DNA from: Eledone cirrhosa
Lineage: Eukaryota
DNA length: 64,000 bases
Assembly: GCA_964016885.1 (NCBI GenBank)
Contig: OZ024741.1
Coordinates: forward strand, 178,064,001 to 178,128,000
Reading direction: 5' to 3'
Positions 37,686-51,299 of this stretch are shown here, piece after piece (the stretch's first letter is position 1; every line of letters begins with the position of its first letter). A program made the translations under genes and the position numbers. The notes beneath the pieces were generated by a model that ran no database searches, was not told the DNA's origin, and was given only the letters and a program-made list of their open reading frames with translations.

Positions 37686-39486
37686 CTTGAATATACTTTG
37701 GTCTTCACAAATATTTAACAGTCTAATCAATATGAAATATTTGAATAATATATATGAGAATACAACTGTTTCGGAACGCTGTAGTGAATCGATGAAGAAT
37801 GTGTACGTTTGCTGTTGCAGAATGTCGGTAATTATGGCTATGAGAACGGTGGTGATGATGACGGAGATGGATCTCTGCCTGAAGTTAAACAGCCCTCCCA
37901 AAATAAATAGAAATAACAACCACCATGTTCGAAAATAGATACGCTTATCTCGTATTCTCGTGATCTAGATTTTCTTTTTGCATTTATTTTTCAAATAGTT
38001 CAAAAGGTAACATGGCTTCCGATAAACCTCATTATACACCAAAACTATTTCACTTGAACTGTAACTTTCGAGATTGCATATGTGAATCGTAATTTGCGTA
38101 AACATGAAAAGAATGTTTCATGCTCGTTCATTAATACACAGTCCGCATATAATCATTCAACTTAATAATTGTCTTGATATGTTGCTTCAATATTATCATT
38201 TTGCTCTTAAATGTCATCTTAAGAAGAGTAAATATCGCTTTTCTATAACTTTTAATAGTAAATTTTAGTTATTAACTTTGAATGTCTTTCATCTAAATCT
38301 AGAAGAAATATTTATTCACTCTCACTATTGTTAATTATTCTGAATTTTCATCACTAATGTTTTTATCGAACTACAAAGTGTGGGAGAGAAAATGAAGTAA
38401 ACAGTTCTTTTAATTTTTTTTTCAAATATATGAAACTTTGATTCAGATAATTGGATAAATAATATTTATTTTATTTTCAAATAATTAAAAATAATCAAAT
38501 ATCAGGTAGAAAATAATAGTTTGTCCATTTCGTTTGTTTGTTTTTTTGCGTGATTGGAGAATGGTATTTTATTTATTTTGTATTTGACATTTATCAGATC
38601 AGTCTAGTCTCATTTAGATTCAAAGAAAATAAAGAGCTGAAAAAATATTTGAAATTGTGTTTCCAAATACAGATTATGAAGTAGTTTGAATAGATAAATT
38701 CTTAGATTAGAGAGAAAACTAATTCATTGTAGATTCACGTTTGACTCTACTTAATGAAGCCTTTGGTTTTGATAGATTTAGTAGTGTTTAATTATGTAAC
38801 ATCGTCATATATATGTAAAAATGTTGAACCACTTAAACATAAAAAACAACATCTCACAATCAATAGTTAGACAGCTGTTAAAAATAATATAGGAATATTT
38901 CAATAATGAATATTTTTGTGCATTTTTATATATTTGGAATAATAATTTAATAACTTTAATTAGCAAAACGTGTATTTAAGACATCACAGTCTAACTTCGC
39001 ATACATAACCTCCTTTCAGAGTTGAGATTAAAATGTTTTTAGTATTACAGTAACGAGACTCAATAATAATATTTTTTTACTTTTGCCTTAAAGTCATCAA
39101 TTAGAATGAAAGGGGAAAATCGCCACTTGTGCATTACTGACTTTATTTTATCAATCCCCTAAAAATGAAAGTCAAATTTTAATTCGGCGAGATTCTCAAA
39201 TACTGTTCTGCTCCTTTCTTGTTCATTGTCGGTGCTCATACAATCATTGGTATTTTAACTGGTAGTGCACACGTACTGAGAATAACCATATCTCTCTAAA
39301 AAATTGAATGAATTTTGTGTGTTAACTGGATTATCAATGTATACAGTATTAAATAGGTTTATTTACAATAGTTTATAACTTTGACTATTAATCCGTATTG
39401 TGAGAAAATGGGGTCCCACGTGCTGGCTGGCCACTCATCGCCTATGGTGGTGAATAGCGGAAGACACTCGGCATATAACAGAAACA

Positions 39487-39849
39487 AGCAAGTATAAAGA
39501 CCTGGAAATAGAGATTGGAAAAATGTGGAAGTTGAGAACTAAAACACTACCAGTGGTTGTTGGCGCTTTAGGAATGATACCTCAGCGGTCAAATGATTAC
39601 TTATCCCAAATCCCAGGAAACCCGCGTATAGAAGAAATACAAAATATAGTATTAATGGGAACTGCCCAAATACTAAGGAAGATTCAGTCAATATAAGTAC
39701 ATCACAAGTGTAAACACCTAAAGTTACATGTGTGTTTATGTGTTTTTTATTGAACATGGTGAACCTTGTTGTCTCTTGAGGTCACTGGTTGTGACTTGGT
39801 GATAACTCGTATGAACATAAAGCAAGATAAAATGAAAAATAATAATAAT
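39487..39849 (+). mobile_element. R4/Dong-like LINE 3' fragment (family X) with (AAT)n tail
   Basis: KYKDLEIEIGKMWKLRTKT.PVVVGALG, with a 3' UTR matching 51781-51922. Confidence 0.85.
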
Positions 39850-42800
39850 GCTTTCTTTATTGACTACAAGTATTGACATAAAGTATAACATTAAGGACAG
39901 CACAGGACAGTACAGGATGGTACAAATAGGAATTTCTGCGTGCAAAGAAAAAACTATGACAAAGGAAATAAAAAAAATGAAACAAAGGAAAATTCGCTCA
40001 TGCGGACTGCCCATTAAAAAAGCCACGGTGACCCTGACCACTAGATCAAGTGCCCTCTCCCACTTTTCAAACTCCAATCTACAGGCGCATACTCACATCA
40101 GTCTCATTCACTCGGCCCATGCTTGCCTCTCTCACCCATTTTTCAACAAATTGTTGGGAAAGGAAAAGTTCCCTCTCCATCCTGATTTTCCTTCTCAAAT
40201 GAAATTGGAAAAAGTTAATCAGGGCATCACCGAAGTAAGTACTCGTCTTCGACCCTTTCAAACGCGTCTACCACACGACACTTTTCGCAATGGCCACCAG
40301 GCAAATAAAACTGCCTGCCCTTCCCGGCTAAACGAAGGCGACAGGGCAATCCTCACTATGGACTTAGCTGATTGCCGGATCCGTCCTACACGCGACAGCA
40401 GGTGTTCGACAAAACCCACAAGTCAGCGATGCTTGGACACTGGACGAATGTGTACAAGATGATTTCAACGCCCTGCCCGCATCTCGGACAGGCCCGGAAT
40501 CGCTCCTCGGTATCATTGCCAGGCCAAGGATTTCTAGAAGTGGTCCGTGGGCCCCGGCCCGTAAGTTCTTCTGAAGCGATTAGCTAGTTCATTTTCCTCG
40601 ACGTCCAAAGTCACCCCAAGGACGTCCTCACCGTTTCCCTACACTAACCCTCTATAGAACGCCAAGGTGGGGTTTCCACCGATCGTATTGCCCGACTGGT
40701 CGAGGTTTGTGAGCGCCTGAAGACATTCCAATCTCCAAGCGCTCCAGGACTGCAGCTCCGTCAAGGAGCTTTCTCTCGGCCCTTTTCTGGATTAGAGAGG
40801 CCACTCTGCTCGTCACCTCGTCCCAGTTTTTGTCCGTCTGGAGGTCCGGACCGAACCAGACCCCAAGTAATTTAACCAGTCTGTCAGTCGACAACCTGAC
40901 GACGCTGTGGGACGGGATGTACCTGCCTCTCCAGGTGCCGAGTCGCACGCCCATCGACCTTTCCTGGTTAATCATTGCTCCTATCACCGCCTCGTATTCT
41001 CTTAGTGTGTTGCCGATCGCTACGATGTGTTTGCACTCGACACCATTACGGTGACGTCGTCGGCATAAGCTAACACGGTTCTCCCGCATCCCAATTCTCG
41101 CCCCACCCCCTCCCCTACCCTCAACGTCTCCAGTTTGTGCATTATTGGCTAGAGAGTCAATACATACAACAGGGACGGGAGGGGACATCCTTGGCGGACC
41201 GAGCGCATGATGTTGAACGGTTCCGAAAGGTGACCGTTCACTCTCACCACAGAGCAGATGTCGCTCTGCATGAGGTGGAGGTTGTTGTGGATGGATCCGT
41301 TCTGTCAAGAGACCGTTCTGCCAAGAGACGTCCGCCAAGAAACCACCGAAGAAATTTGGTATATGTACGTAAAGCTCGTAGGGCAGATCATCCAAACTAG
41401 GCGATTTACCCATTGTGCAGTAAGTCATGGACTCCCGTATCAGTGGCTGTCATCGGCTTTTCGCAACACTCCGCCTCACTGGCCTAGAGCCACGGCAAAC
41501 GATCGTGGTAGGCGCTAAAATCCATCACGCGATCCGACCCACCGCTACCCCCGAACAGCTGAGCGAAGTGCCGTTGAAAAGCCGCACACATTTGCCCGAG
41601 TTCGTGTAACATGCGCCAATGGTGGTTCTCCAAAGACCGTCTCTGCCACTAAGGCCCATCAAACGGATTTCGTCCCCTCGTCTCTGAGAGCATGCGCCCT
41701 AGCTTTGACAACGCTGCATTCGTGCTTTGCGTTGAAGAATCGGTCGAGGGATAATTACACCGTAAGTACGTCAATCGAGATGCTTTTCCTAAGCGCCTCG
41801 TCTAGTTTTTTAACTAGTTCTTTATTTTCTATATTATATTACTAACGCCTTTCTAAACCTAATGGACTCTATTCTACTTACCCTTTTCAGGTTGAACTAC
41901 GATTTGTTGTTGACGACTGCCTCCGTCAACGCCCGCTTACCTAATGCGCTAATTCGGTCTCCGTAGCCTTTGCGCGTTGTCAGCGACGCGTTTAGTATCC
42001 AGTAACCGGGTCACTGTCAATGAAGAATATTTAAGTCGACCACACATATCACGAATTTGTGGTCTGTGTAGTCTATTATTTTGAATTGTGAACAGCCTCT
42101 GCGAAAACAATCTATTTCCTTACAAAATAATCTAGATACGATCTGGATGACCCGATGCGGTTTGTCCATGTCCATATTGTCACTTTCGGGAATTCCAGTC
42201 GGTACCTATCAGACAGTTGGAAACGTCTGAGCAGGTTTGAGAGGCTTCTACACCCTCCACAATTCCAACGTGCATCCAATATCCCGTTCCAATAGAGTGG
42301 GACGTTTCTAGGAAGGACTCGTCACCTGAAGATATCAGGCCGTCCTGCTCCTATCGGGGCTTAAACAGCCACTAGACTAAAGGCATAGCTTTTGCTGCTG
42401 GTCACATCCAGCACTATCGACTTACCTTCTAGGTCCAGGAAGATGGTCCGGATCACGAGATTGAGGCCTCTCCGAAACATCACAGCGACTCCACCTCCCG
42501 ATCCCAGCCGGCTTGGAGATGCATACACATCGTAACTGCCGAAGATGAGTTCGAAGGCATGTGCCTCAGAAATTCTGGTCTCGCTGATGAGCACCACGTC
42601 TATGTTCATTGACCTTAAGTGGTTGAGCAGGTGACCATGCTTCCATGACGACCCCTGGCCACGTGCATTTATGCTGTCTATTCTGAGTAAGGTCATGTTG
42701 AAAAAGAGTGGCAAAAAATGGGAAAGATCTCTTACCTCAGGTCTTGTGTGATATGCGTGATTTGTATGTGTGCGTGGGTGGTGTGAATGTTTGGGGTGTT

Positions 42801-45327
42801 TTGTACCGTTTCTCTATGATGCTGGTGTTGTACGGGATGCAGTGTAATAACTATTTAAAGTTCAAGTTTAATGTTGTGTTTCGGTTTATGTCTTTTTATT
42901 GTGTTTGCGTTTGTTATGTGTTTGTTTCTGTTTCGCTTGTTGGTATTTTTTTACATCCTTCTTTTTTTTTTTGGTGTTAGTGATGGTGGTGTTGGGGTTA
43001 ATGATGATGATGGTGCTGGTGTTTGTGGCGATGGGGCTGGTGATGCTAGCTGTGTGGTGTTGTTGTTGTTGTTGGGGTTTGGTGGTGGGGGTGGCATCGG
43101 TGTCTTAACTTTCTTGTTTTTTTTTGTTTGTTTCTTACGCCCTCTTTTTTTCTGGAGGGCGAAGGAAGAGGGTTCTTTCTTTTCTGGTTTCTCTTTTTTA
43201 CAGATACAGTTTTCCAACCCTCCTACTCGTCAGAATCCGTCTCCAGTTGTGAGAATCGGGGAGTGGAATGTCCTCCACAGGCGTTGGTGTTGGTTGTGGC
43301 GTAGTGGATGGTGGTGGCACTGGTGCTACCTCTGGTGTGGTGTGCGGTGGTGGTGGTCTTGCTATCGTTACTGCTGCCCTTGCTTCTGCTGCTTTTTTCT
43401 GGTTGAACCAGTGGGGTAGGCAGGAGAGGGGGCCTTAATTGTTTAGCCATCCACTGATGTGAGAAGGCCTTTAGGTGGGTTCCATCGCAACAAACGACGC
43501 ACCTTGGTCTTCTACCTTCAATGATTACGATGAGGTAGCTGCCTTCATCGAGGTATATCCCCTCTGGAATTTTCTGGATGTTTTTCTGGTCCGCCTGGAT
43601 CAAGAGCTCCATTCCACCTCCAGACTAGTTCTCCTGTTCTATTCTTATCACCTCGACGCCGGTGAGGAGGGCAACCATCTCCCAGGGTATTTCTATGACT
43701 GGCTCTTTAGTGGAGCCATGGAGTGCTCTTTTGCTTCCTGTTGGGTTCCATAAAACACATCCATGTTCCCATATCTTTGTCCACGTATGATGTGGGTTTT
43801 ATGAGGCCGCATATGTATCAGAGCCTTTTGGATCTGGGATTCGGATGTCCGCTCTACTCTGCGTGTTTGTATGTTAATTGTACGGTAGGATACCGTACAT
43901 AGCCTCCGATGTTGCATGGTATTTGATGGAGATTCAGTTGCTTCTGGCTTAACTGAATCGTTTCGTTCTTGTTCTCCGGTTTCGCAAAAAGACACATTTG
44001 ATTTTGCGCTTGTGTTGGTGTTGTTGTTATTGTTGTTTTTGTTATTATTATTTTTGTTTCAGTTGTTGCTGCGGTGGTGTTGGTGTCAGTGGTTCTCGAC
44101 GTTACTGCCGTCATTGTTGTTGTGGGGACGGCGGTGTCTACACTAGTGATTGTTGTTAATAAGTTGGGAGAATCCATTTTGTTATCGAGATAATTTTTTT
44201 TGTTTTTAGTTGTTTCTGTGGAGGTGGTGATGGTATTAGTTGTGTTGCATGTACTCCTCGATATAATGGCGGTGGGTATGCCGGCTTTCACACCGGTAGA
44301 CATTGGCAAAGGTGGAAAATTCGCGTCCGCGTCTGAGGCACGTCTACTGTGGCATCTTTTTTCCCCGGATGGTGTGGGCTTTGCGTGCCCAGATGAACCC
44401 CAAGGCCTTTTGGATTTGAGCCTCCATGGCCCTCTCCACGCGATGTGATATTTTGTTTACAGTGTGGTGATTCGCCGGCCGTAGCTGCTGGTCCTTGAAA
44501 AAATCTGGTGGAGGTTTCAGGGAGACTCGATTGGCATTTCTTCTCACCATGACCCTTGTGACTGCCATCTCCTCCTCTGTGACTAGCACCGTTTCGATAT
44601 TTCGGGTCACACCTGCAAAAGCAGTGGTCCCTTTTTCAGCGGCATCACTATTGATGCCCTACTGCTGCTACAAGTCTTGCTGTTGGTGCTGAAATCGCTG
44701 TTACTAGTATTTATGTCATTGTTGTTGTTTTCGATGATACTGTTGCTGCTGCTATTGTGATTGTGGCTGTTGTTATTATTGTTGTTTTTGTTGATACTGT
44801 TCCCACTGTTATTGTTGTTGTGGCTGTTGTTATTGTCTTTGTTATTGTCTTTCTCGACTTTATTGCTGTTATTTTTGTTGTTGATCTTGTTATTGTTGGT
44901 GTTATTGTTGGTGTTATTGTTGTTGCTGTTAGTAATGTTTGGTAATTTTAAATCTGAAACAATATCATTAAAAATGATATTGTTCCTCTTTTCCTGCCTA
45001 ATATTTTGTTTCATATTTACCTTCGCTAGAAAGCTATCTTGTTGGCATGTTGACAAAATCTCCCTCTGTGTGATTTGTCTGACTGCCCTCTCTCTCTTTC
45101 TTGTGTTATCCATGTTTAAACGAGTTTAAACGAATCTTTTTTTTCAAAATTTGTTTCACATAAAGGGGTGCCGTATTATTTACGAGTGAACCCCCTGTAT
45201 TAGGTGGGTCATTTTTTCTAAACTTTTATCAAGTTAAAAAATTGAATAAAAGGTTAAGAACGCTTGGAAAACCATGAACACTGTTGAAAAAAAAACTGGA
45301 GCCGATAAGAAGCGTGGCTTCACCTTC
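39850..45327 (-). mobile_element. Tx1/L1-clade LINE, copy B (more decayed, composite 5' region)
   Basis: Same 3' UTR as copy A. ORF2 start MTLLRIDSINARG at 42696. ORF1 pieces IIEGRRPRCVVC and HRRLCTVSYRT. (ATT)n at both ends. Confidence 0.9.
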
Positions 45328-45594
45328 AATAATAATAATAATAATAATGCTTTCTTTATTAACCACAAGGGTTTACATAAAGTAGACATTAAGGACAGTA
45401 CAGGACAATACAGGACGGTACAAATGGGCATTTCTGCGTCTAAAAAAAAGAGAGGATGTAATAAAAAATAACAATGAAAAATTCCCCAATAGGGGGGAGA
45501 CTTCTGAGGGACATTTGTGGAGAAAGCCCAGTAAAAGGCCACAGGGACCCTGACCACCAAGGCAAGTGCCATCTCCCAGTTTTCCACCTTTAAT

Positions 45595-48500
45595 TTACAT
45601 ACACATACTCAGAGTAGGCCCATTCACTCGGGCCATACTTGCTTCTCTCACCCATCTTTCAACAAAATGCTGGGAAGAGAGCACTTCCCTCTCTACCCTG
45701 ATTTTCCTTTTCAAATGAAATTTGAAAAAGTTAATCAGGGCATCACCGAAGAGGGAAGTGCTCGTCTTCAGCCCTTTCAAACGTGTCCACCATACTATCT
45801 CTTTCGCCATGGCCACCAGACAGATAAAAACTTCCTGCCCTTCCCGGCTAAAGGAAGAGAGCGGGGCAATCCTCACGATGGACTCAGCTGATAGCTGGAT
45901 CCATCCTACACCCGACAGCAGGTATTCGACATAAACCCACAAGGACGGTTTCGTCGCCCTGCACGCATCTCGGACATGCCCGGCTGACGGCACCTCCATG
46001 CATGTAGAGTTCATCCCGAACTGGCAAAGCTCCCCGGTAGCACTGCCAGGCCAGGGTTTTCTGGAAGTTGTTCATAGCCCCCGGCCCGAAAGTCCTTCCG
46101 AAGAGATTGGCTAGTTGATTTTCGTCGACGCCTAGAGTTTCTTCACTAATCTTCCCCTCCACTAATCCTCAATAGAACGCCAAGGTGGAGTTTCGACCGA
46201 CAACATTGCCCGATTGGTCGAGGGCTGTGAACGCCTGAAGACATTCCAGTCTCCAAGCGCTCCCTATCGGTCTTCGCTTGACCCATGACTGCAGCTCCGT
46301 CAAGGAGACGAGCTGGGGAAAGACGTGTCTAGCAAACGGCGACCACACATGATCACTGTCGAGGAAGAGGTGGAGATGTTGTAGCCTGAGCGCGTGTCTG
46401 CGCATCATAAGCCACGGCATGCCCATCCCTCCGCGTAGCGGGTGTTGACAACAGATGGACCGCCTGACCATCGGACCGCGTCCCTTCCACAAAAAGCGAA
46501 AGAGCAAACGCTTCAGCGCAGTCAGGCGGGCTTAGGACAAGATACGATGGTCAGGCGGTAGTAGATGACGGACGCGATGTACGCGTTAGCCACCTCCGCT
46601 CGACCTTTCAGGGATAGCTTCCTGTCCGCCCATTTCTGGGTGATAGAAGCCACCCTGCTCGTCACCTCGTCCCAGTTTTTGTCCGTCTAGAGATCCGGAC
46701 CGAACCAGACCACTAGCAATTTAAACGGTCCGGCCTTCCAGCGCCCGACGACTCTGTTGGACGGCATGGACCTGCACTCCAGGTGCCGAGCTGCAGGCCA
46801 CTGACTTTTCCTTGTTGATCATTGCTCCTGTCACCGCTTCATATTCTCTTAGTGTAGTGCCGATCGCCTCGATTTATTGGCGTTCGACACTACTACGGTG
46901 ACATCAACCGCATATGCTGACACGGATCTTCCGCATCCTAGTTCGGACGAGACACCCCTCAACGTCTCCAGTTTGTGCAGTAATGGCTCGAGAGTCAATA
47001 CGTACAAGAGGGACGAGAGGGGACATCCAGCCTCTGAAGATGGGCTCAAAGCCAGCAGCCCTCAGGACTGCCGCTAGGTAATGATGGTCGACCCTATCGA
47101 AAGCTTTCGACTGATCAAAATTGATCAAGGACCCACCCGTGCCAGGTTCCCTAGCTACCCTCTCTACGATGTATCGGATGAGGTGGAGGTTGTCGTGGAT
47201 GTATCTGTCGGGAATGGCGCACGTCTGCGCCTCTCCCACCAGACCACCAACGACAAACGCCAACCTCTTTGCTAGCACCTTGGCCAAAATCTTGAATTCT
47301 GTGTTTAATAGAGTTATGGGCCTGAAATTATCTATGTTATCCCCCTTGTTCGGATCCTTTCTCAGCAGCGCCACAGCTCCTTGGCTCATGAGCTGGAAAT
47401 TCTACCGTTCTGTTGCCAGTTGCAGTAGACGTCCGCCAAGAGGCCTCCGAAAATCTGGCATCTGTGCGTAAAGTTCATAGGGCAGACCATCCAAACCAGG
47501 CGATGTAACCCTTGTGCAGCCAGTCATTGCCTCCTGTACTTCAGCGGCTGTTATCGGCTTTTCGCAATACTCCGCCTCAGTGACCAAGAGCCGCGGCAGT
47601 CCGTAGAGGTAGACACTAAAGTCCATCCCTCGATCCGGCACGCCGCTGACCTCGAACAGCTGTGCGAAGTGTCGCTGAAAAGCTTCCCACGTTTGCCCGG
47701 GATCGAGTAGCATGCGCCCGTTGTGGTCCACCAAAGACCAGATCGTGGCTTTGTTGCCAAGACGCGCCTCCGCCACTCGGGCCCATTGACCGGCTTTCGT
47801 CCCCTCGTGTCTGAGAGCACGCACCCTAGCTCTGACAACGCAGACTTCGTGCTTTGCATTGAAGAATTAGTCAAGGGTCAATTTCGCCGCAAGTACGTCG
47901 GTCGCGATGCCTTTGCTATGCGCCTCGTCTAATTTTCTAACTAATTCTCCCTCTGCTCTTATTTTCTCTATTGCTAAAGCTTTACTAAACCTAATGAACT
48001 CCATTCTAATTGCTCTTTTCAGAGCAAACCACCACTTGTTGTTGACGATGGACACCGTCAACGCCCGCTTAACTAGCTCTCTAATCCGGTCTCTGTAGGC
48101 TTTTCGTGCTGGTAAGGACGCGTTTAGCTTCCAGTAGCCGGGTCCTCGTCTATGAAGCCTATCTAAGTCAAGCACACAGATCACGAATTTGTGGTCCGTG
48201 TAGCTGACTATCTTGAATTGTGGACAGCCTATGCTAGAACTATCTATTTCCCTACAAAATACTATATCTAGATAATATCTGGATGACCCTACGCGATTTG
48301 TCCAAGTCCACATTGGCACATTCGGGAAATCCAATCGGTACCTGTCAGACAGTTCAAAACGCCTGAGCAGGTTGGTGAGGCTCTTGCACCCTCCTCCTCT
48401 ATCCGCTGATCCCACACAGTCCCAGCGTGCATCTAAGATCCCGTTCGAGTCGCCCACTAACACTAAAGAGCGGAACGTTCCTAAAAAGGAAAGACGCCGG

Positions 48501-48865
48501 ATAAATCAGGCCGCCCTGCTCCTGTTGGGGCATGGACGGCCACTAGCCTGAAAGCTTGCCCTTCTCCGCTGGTCACGTCCAGCACCACCAACTTACCTTC
48601 TGGGTCCAGGAAGATGGCCCGTATGGCGAGATCCAAACCTCTCTGAAAAAGCACAGCAACTCATCACCCCGATCTAGGACGGCTGGGAGATGCGTACACA
48701 TCGTAGCCGCCCTACATCGGTGCAAAGGCCCGTGCTTCGGAGAGTCTGGTCTCGCTGATGGCCACTACATCTATGTTTAGTGACCTGAAGTCGTTGATCA
48801 GGTGGCCCTGCTTCCATGACGACCCCAAGCAACGCGCATTTGCTGCCTATTCTGAGTGAGGTCAT
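45595..48865 (-). pseudogene. ORF2 APE-RT pseudogene of copy C
   Basis: Chain of frameshifted ORFs: 48674-48865, 47867-48463, 47402-47824, 46904-47389, 46169-46507, 45884-46162 and 45595-46014. Confidence 0.9.
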
Positions 48866-48904
48866 GTTGAAATGGAGTGGAAAAGATGGGAATGACCACT
48901 TACC

Positions 48905-51052
48905 TTACTTTCGCAGAGGAGCGATGGTTTCTCCATCCCTTTTCACTTGATCGTCTGGTGAAGGGACCGTTGAATCGTCCATTCGGCTGGTCGTCGGCTC
49001 TTCTGTGAGTATGCCCGAATATACACTCCGGTTGAGTGTCCCTCCTAGGTCTCTCAAATCACCGACTGCGTTAGGGAATTTCGTTTTAATGTTTGTGTAT
49101 TGTTTCTGTGCTATTCTTACCAGTCTTATGTTCGTTGGTGTTTTGATTGGTGCTGGTATTATGTAGTCGTGCTGTGAAATGTCTGTGTTCAATTATGTAA
49201 GTCATTAGTTTCTTGTTGTGTTTATTTATTGCTGTGCATTTGTTTTTCCGGGAGGGAGGTGTGGTTCTGCTATTTTCTTGTCGTTGTTGTTGGCTGTGTG
49301 TGTTTTGTTGTTGTGTTTGCGATGTTGGTGTTTGTGGTGGTGGTGTTGAAGGTGTTGTTGTTGTTTGCGGTGGGGTTGCCGCCGGTGGTGATGGTGGTGC
49401 TAGTGTTGGTGGTGTTGCTGCTGTAAGTCTCTTTGCAGTAGATTTTACCCTTTTTTCATTTCTTTCCTCCCTTTTCGAAAGCGTCGATGCGCTGCTTCTG
49501 CGTTTGTGCCTTCTTGCGACCTTTTGCCATCCCTCTCCCACCTCACACTCCATGTCCGATTCTGTGAGGTCGTGGAGGGGTGCCAGCTCCACTCTTTCAC
49601 TTGTTCTTGTTGGTGATGTTTGCAGTGGAGTCTCTGTTGCAGCTGCAGTTGCTATTGCTGTTGTTGTTGTTAATACTTCCACTGCTGCTGCTGTTTTTGA
49701 TTTCCGTGGCGTGGGTATGGGTGCCACAGACCTATCCTTCCTGGTTGCCGCCTGTCCTGTTGCTGGTAGCAGTGGAGCCGGTTTCGGAAGGAGGGGGGTT
49801 TTCTCTTTTCTCAGGGTCTTCTCATTGCAGAAGGCCCTTAGGTGAGTCTTCGATCCACAGCGAAAGCATTTCGGGCGTTTGCCCTCAACACTTATGGGCA
49901 GTTGAGTGCCGTTATCGAAGTCTATCACGTCCGGGATAGCTTCGATGCACTCCTGGTTGGTTTGTATTAACATCTCAATGGAGGTGCCGACCCAATCTTC
50001 TCGTACTTTTTTCTGTACTTTGCTGTACAGTTTGTTTGTCCTCGACTCCGACGAAGACAGACGCGGCCAGCCAAGAAGGGGCCACCCCGGGGGGGGGGTC
50101 AGTTTGACCCTCACCATTTTGTGTCCGCAGTAGGAGGGCAGCACCACCATTTCTTCGTTCCTTAGGGTCACTAAAGATTGAGCCATTGCCTCCTGGGGTG
50201 TTGCAAAAAGCACGTCCACGGTGGCATATTTCTTGCCTCGGGTGACATGCGTTTTCCGCTGCCACACAGACCCTAAGGCTTTTTGTATTTGAGCCTCTGT
50301 GGCTCTTTCAACCCTACGGGATTTTGTGCTTACTGTGCGGTACGTGACCGTACAGTGCTGCTGGGTTTCGAAAAATGTTTCGGCTGTCTTGCAGATTGCT
50401 CAGTTGCCGGTTTTCGTCACCATCTTCTTCGCTTCCAGTAATTCCTCATTTGGTATGAGGATGGTTTCCAGGTTTTTGCGATACCTGCAAACGAGATTGG
50501 TTTTTCTTTCTTGTTGTTGGTGTTGTCGTCAGAGCTGCTGTTACTTTTCTTGTTGCTGCTGGTACTATGACTGCCGCCGGCGCTGTTGCTGTGGTTGTTC
50601 TTGTTGCTCGTGCTGCAGTTGCTGCTAATGCTGTTGTTGTTTATACTGCTGCTGATGCTGTTGCGGCTGCTACTGTTGTTTCCCTTGTCACTGTGGCTGC
50701 TGCTGCTGTTAATACGGCTGCTACTGCTATTATTCATGACGTCAAACGAATGAAATGGGTTTCCGTATTTACCGCACACATTTTTCGTCGTTGTCGTCGT
50801 CGTGGAGAAATGTTCCACGTTTTGCACGTGCTCTTGGAAACTATCAGAAACTATATTTTTCTTTTTCTTTATTGGCGTCGCTTGCGAAAGAGAAGGGGAG
50901 GAGAGAGGCACATTTAGAAAAGGGAGGGAGAGAGACAATCTTCTCTCTGGTGTAGTGACGATTGAGGAAGAAGGCGGAATGAGTGGGAGTTGCTTGTGAA
51001 AATTCTTTTTTGTAGCCATGTTTTTTTGGTTTAAAAAAAATATTGGGCACAA
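48905..51052 (-). pseudogene. ORF1 (gag-like, CCHC zinc knuckle) pseudogene of copy C
   Basis: ORFs 50417-51052, 49086-50267 and 48905-49192, with low-complexity S/N/T/P tracts around a conserved core. Confidence 0.85.
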
Positions 51053-51230
51053 AACCCCAATAAGCGGTTATTTAACCCCGAAGGGCCAAATAACGGGCAG
51101 AAAGTCCCCTCTCACGAGAAGGAGGGTGTTTTTGTCTACAATTTGGTTAAAGTTTTACACAATTTACAATTGTTATAGCGGTTAAAATTTATTATACCTT
51201 ACAGAGCCGAGCCTCCGTCAACCATGGCAT

Positions 51231-51298
<68 letters not shown>
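51231..51298. repeat. (AAT)n microsatellite at the Tx1/Dong junction
   Basis: About 22 AAT units. Confidence 0.97.

Positions 51299-51299
<1 letters not shown>

Larger units (their letters stand above)
45349..51230 (-). mobile_element. Tx1/L1-clade LINE, copy C (most complete)
   Basis: ORF1 51052-48905 with a CFRCGSKTHLRAFC (CCHC) knuckle. ORF2 48865-45595 with APE (GD.N, YTDHK), RT (DQSKAFDRVDH) and a C-terminal zinc finger. Flanked by (AAT)n. Confidence 0.93.
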
